This document shows, piece by piece, positions 60,362 through 64,000 of a stretch of DNA of 64,000 nucleotides. The stretch lies in sequence record NC_055721.1; one strand, written 5' to 3'. The first letter of the stretch is position 1, and every line of letters starts with the position of its first letter. Position numbers and translations under genes: made by a program. Source of the DNA: Escherichia phage EcS1. The notes under the pieces were generated by a model. That model saw only the letters and a list, made by a program, of their open reading frames with translations, was not told the DNA's origin and made no database searches.

Positions 60362-61420
60362 ATGGACATCAAAATTTTAGATGATTTCAAAGATAAGTTT
60401 GATTCACTTATTGGCGAAAAAACATCTGCCGGACAAAGTAAAGTTCAACCAATGAGAAAAACCATTAGCGCTCAATATCCGGCTGAGCGCGCCTCAGGCA
60501 ATGATGGTATAGACGATTTACGCATTAACGATCTTTATAAAAATGGGCTGTTATTTACAGCCTATGATTATAAATCAAGAACAACTCCTGATTTACGTTC
60601 AATGCGTTCATCTGTTATTGAAAGTGTTCGTAATAGTTTTGACCCTGTGAAAGGCACCACTGTTGGTGCCGGAACTCAATTCGATAAGAATCCTATTGCT
60701 AATATATTGTTACCACGTTCTAAATCTGACACCGATTCTATTTCGCATAAGTTCAATGATGTGGGTGAATCACTTATTACTCGTGGTGCAGGGACGGCCA
60801 CTGGTGTTTTAAGTAATGTCGCTTCTACCACAGTATTTGGTGCCATTGAATCAATTACTCAAGGTTGGATGTCAGACCATGGTGAACAGATTTATAACAC
60901 AGCACGTTCAATGTATGCTGGCCCTGATAATAGAAGCAAAGTATTCACGTGGGACTTAACCCCACGAAATGTTCAAGACTTAATTCAAATCATTAACATC
61001 TATGAGACCTTTAACTATTTCTCATATGGTGAAACAGGCAATAGTAATTTTGCTGCTGATTTGAAAGAACAGATTGACTCATGGTACAAAACCACATTCA
61101 TTAATAATCTGACACCAACAGGAGCTGACACTTCAAATACGATGATGGAACAAGTTACTTCGTTCTTGAGTAATGTCATTGTTGTGAGTAATCCAACAGT
61201 TTGGTTTATTCGTAACTTTGGTAAAACATCATCGTTTGACGGTCGCCCAGATGTGTTTGGGCCTTGTCAAATACAAAGTATAAGATTTGATAAGTCACCA
61301 AATGGTAATTTTAATGGATTGGCTATTGCTCCTAACTTACCAAGTTCATTCGTATTGGAAATCACTTTCCGTGAAATCTTGACATTGAACCGTGGAACTC
61401 TTTATAATGGAGCTCTATAA
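60362..61420 (+). CDS. 48: baseplate tail tube cap gp48
   Basis: 352 aa (T4 gp48 364). Confidence 0.85.
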   Translation: MDIKILDDFKDKFDSLIGEKTSAGQSKVQPMRKTISAQYPAERASGNDGIDDLRINDLYKNGLLFTAYDYKSRTTPDLRSMRSSVIESVRNSFDPVKGTTVGAGTQFDKNPIANILLPRSKSDTDSISHKFNDVGESLITRGAGTATGVLSNVASTTVFGAIESITQGWMSDHGEQIYNTARSMYAGPDNRSKVFTWDLTPRNVQDLIQIINIYETFNYFSYGETGNSNFAADLKEQIDSWYKTTFINNLTPTGADTSNTMMEQVTSFLSNVIVVSNPTVWFIRNFGKTSSFDGRPDVFGPCQIQSIRFDKSPNGNFNGLAIAPNLPSSFVLEITFREILTLNRGTLYNGAL

Positions 61421-62385
61421 TGTTTACATTAGAAGAATTTAAAAACCAAGCTGGGAATATAGATTTTCAGCGTACCAACCTTTTTAGTGTAGTCTTCGCG
61501 ACTACACCATCAAGTAAATCACAACAACTGCTCGATCAATTTGGCGGCATGATATTCAACAACATTGCATTAGATTCTGATTGGTTAGGGTTAAAGCCTG
61601 GAGATATTACTCAGGCAGTAACGTCTATAGCCGTCGCTGGCGGTCAGCAATTGATTCGTAAGTCAGGTATAAGTAAATATCTGATTGGTGCGATGTCCAA
61701 CAGGGTTGTGCAGAGCTTACTAGGTGAGTTCCAAGTAGGAACTTATCTTTTGGACTTCTTCAATATGGCATTCCCTACTTCAGGTTTAATGGTATCAGCA
61801 GTCAAATTGCCTGAGAACCAATTACAACATGAAATGGATTTGAATCATAATGCGCCAAACATTAGAATCACTGGTCGTGATTATACTCCTTTGATTCTTA
61901 CATTCCGTATGGACCCTGAAGCAAGTAACTTTCGTGCAATGCATGATTGGGTGAATGCAGTCCAAGACCCAGTAACAGGTTTACGAGCTTTACCTGAAGA
62001 TGTTGAAGCTGATATTCAAGTTAACTTACACGCACGTAATGGTTTACCACATACCGTAGTAATGATGCAAGGGTGTGTGCCTGTGGGCGTAGGAGCCCCT
62101 GAATTAACTTATGATGGTGATAATCAGATAGCTATTTTCGATGTGACCTTCGCATACAGAGTGATGTCTGTTGGTGCTGTAGGACGTCAAGCCGCATACG
62201 ATTGGTTAGAAGATAAAGCCATAAACGTTATAACTGGTATCAATGGCGATATGAGTATGAATTCATTACTTCCAAGATTAAGTCGCTTAGGCGGAGCAGG
62301 AGGTGGTATAAGTCAGATAGTTACTGGCGCAGGACGAGCTACAGGAGCATGGAATACTCAGTCGAGGATTTTAGGCGGGATATAA
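61420..62385 (+). CDS. 54: baseplate tail tube initiator gp54
   Basis: 321 aa (T4 gp54 320). Confidence 0.85.
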   Translation: MFTLEEFKNQAGNIDFQRTNLFSVVFATTPSSKSQQLLDQFGGMIFNNIALDSDWLGLKPGDITQAVTSIAVAGGQQLIRKSGISKYLIGAMSNRVVQSLLGEFQVGTYLLDFFNMAFPTSGLMVSAVKLPENQLQHEMDLNHNAPNIRITGRDYTPLILTFRMDPEASNFRAMHDWVNAVQDPVTGLRALPEDVEADIQVNLHARNGLPHTVVMMQGCVPVGVGAPELTYDGDNQIAIFDVTFAYRVMSVGAVGRQAAYDWLEDKAINVITGINGDMSMNSLLPRLSRLGGAGGGISQIVTGAGRATGAWNTQSRILGGI

Positions 62386-62409
62386 AAAAAGGGAGAGCTA
62401 AGCTCTCCC
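62384..62409 (-). terminator. intrinsic terminator (minus-strand orientation) between gene 54 and the alt-side operon
   Basis: Palindrome GGGAGAGCT-A-AGCTCTCCC preceded on the plus strand by A7 (a T7 run on the minus strand). Confidence 0.5.
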
Positions 62410-62417
62410 TTCAGGGT

Positions 62418-62729
62418 TTAGTTACGGAAACCAATGAAAGCTGGAATTTCAAGGAACAAACTTGTGAATTGCTCTTTACCTTCAAGAGATTTATGGAAGA
62501 ACTTCACTGATACTGGGAATTCACCTTCAATTTTGCCATGAAGGATACCGTCAACAATTGTTTCAGATTGTTCTTCTTTACCAAAGATTTCTTGAGGAAT
62601 CATTAGAACATCATATTGCTCAGGTGATTTAAAAATCTGAGATGAGGCTTTTAATGCAAACTCATCAGAAATAGGAGTAACATTTTCAACAACGATTTCA
62701 GTTTGGTTAATACGTAAGATAGATTTCAT
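62418..62729 (-). CDS. hypothetical protein (alt-proximal ORF)
   Basis: 103-aa ORF downstream of alt on the minus strand. Confidence 0.45.
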   Translation of the reverse strand: MKSILRINQTEIVVENVTPISDEFALKASSQIFKSPEQYDVLMIPQEIFGKEEQSETIVDGILHGKIEGEFPVSVKFFHKSLEGKEQFTSLFLEIPAFIGFRN

Positions 62730-62786
62730 AATAAGTTCCTCATGTGATTGAGGTTCTATAGTACCACATCCTTGTGGTGTTGTAAA

Positions 62787-64000
62787 CTACCCTTGAATAA
62801 AACGTTCTGGGATTTCTTGGATGTCTATTAAAGAAGCTAAAAGAGCTAGTCCTTCTTTGTTAGGATTAGGCTTTGAAGCCTTCACAAATGAGGTAAAGTT
62901 CAATGGTTCAGAAGTGTCCATAGCAACAAGTTCACCATTCTCAAACAATGCATCACCATCATACACTATAGTAGATTCTTCAATTTGTTCTGAAGTCATG
63001 ATTTCAGCTTGAATGAACTTTTGGTTACTATATTGAATACCGTCATTATAAGAAGCATCAGTTATAGAATTAATGGATACCATTGTTCCACGAGGTAAAA
63101 TGATTTCCATTTCAGAAGGCATATTACTCAAATCACCAGGGAAGATGACGTTAATTTTATGACCACCATCAATAGCCCAACCAACTGTAACTCTGATATC
63201 ATTTTCAAATTGGCCTGGCATATCTTTTGCTTCTTCGGAACCTGCATCAATGTTAAGTTCACTACGAACTTCTTCAGGAGCTAAACCAATAGCCGAATTT
63301 CCTTTCCAACCACCAAAGATGATAGGAGCTAATGAAGTAGAAACATAATTACGGAAATAGAATACACGGTTTTTAATCAATGATTCCCAAATAGGCTTAC
63401 GTATAGTTTGAGAACGCCATAACGTAATATTTTCTGGGATGCGGTCACCACGTTCAAAAGCAGCATCAATTCCATCAATAGCTTCTAAGACTTCATAGCG
63501 ATTCATTATATTGCTACTTTGCTCAGACCAACGGCCAAGCAAATAATCATTAATATCATGATAACCAGAACCAACATATTCTCTGATACCACGTTGCTCT
63601 TTTACTGGATATTGTAAAGGAGTACGAGAGCCAGCTATACCATTAATATTATCTGATACGTTTTTGGCATAGTTTTGAAGTGATTCTTTGATGAACTTAG
63701 TTCTTAACATAGTCCATTCAGCTTGAGCACGTTCTTTTGACATGCCATAATTATCATCCAATTGTTTATCTATAAAATCTTCTTTAAAATCTTCAGTCAT
63801 ATCCATGCATAATTTAGCATATTCTTGCATACTTTTAACAGAAGTTAAAGGAGCTTGACCTATATTTTTAATTAAAACTTCAGTCATTCGATCTGACATT
63901 CTAGCAATAGTATCTTCATCAATAAATCTTAAATTTTTTAATCTATAACCAATACCGTTGACGGCTCTTTCTGCTGATCTTGTTCTAGCAGCCTTAGAAG
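62787..64000 (-). CDS. alt: ADP-ribosyltransferase Alt, 5'-truncated by the window edge
   Basis: The frame is open from 62787 to the window end. Carries ART hallmarks: R-region YVGSGYHDINDYLLGR, STS motif (NYVSTSL) and E-x-E (SEMEIILPRG). Confidence 0.75.
   Translation of the reverse strand, partial: SKAARTRSAERAVNGIGYRLKNLRFIDEDTIARMSDRMTEVLIKNIGQAPLTSVKSMQEYAKLCMDMTEDFKEDFIDKQLDDNYGMSKERAQAEWTMLRTKFIKESLQNYAKNVSDNINGIAGSRTPLQYPVKEQRGIREYVGSGYHDINDYLLGRWSEQSSNIMNRYEVLEAIDGIDAAFERGDRIPENITLWRSQTIRKPIWESLIKNRVFYFRNYVSTSLAPIIFGGWKGNSAIGLAPEEVRSELNIDAGSEEAKDMPGQFENDIRVTVGWAIDGGHKINVIFPGDLSNMPSEMEIILPRGTMVSINSITDASYNDGIQYSNQKFIQAEIMTSEQIEESTIVYDGDALFENGELVAMDTSEPLNFTSFVKASKPNPNKEGLALLASLIDIQEIPERFIQG

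Overview
This window is a T4-like (Tevenvirinae-type) myovirus genome segment with strongly conserved T4 gene order. Minus-strand early/accessory region (1-17.6 kb): internal head proteins, denV, lysozyme e, nudE, a run of small membrane/unknown ORFs, a very large tRNA cluster (about 20 tRNA genes plus tRNA-like elements, 8.1-13.3 kb) interrupted by small ORFs and an HNH-type endonuclease, then 57B/57A/1/3/2/4. Plus-strand late structural block (17.6-48 kb): baseplate 53, 5, 5.4 (PAAR), 6-12, wac fibritin, neck 13-15, terminase 16/17, sheath 18, tube 19, portal 20, prohead core 67/68/21/22, major capsid 23, vertex 24. Then rnlB (RNA ligase 2), hoc plus a second Hoc-like Ig protein, inh, uvsW/uvsW.1, uvsY, baseplate hub 25/26/51/27/28/29/48/54 and a 5'-truncated alt ADP-ribosyltransferase gene at the window edge. 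The most interesting candidates are in the accessory parts: a NADAR-domain protein (candidate counter-defence against DNA ADP-ribosylating toxins), three capsid-targeted internal proteins, a PspA-like coiled-coil protein, an A9 slippery tract joining two overlapping membrane ORFs, an expanded tRNA set with several non-canonical members, a fibritin with six tandem foldon-like repeats, and a duplicated Hoc capsid-binding module. All calls are from reading the sequence and recalled family features; no database search was run.
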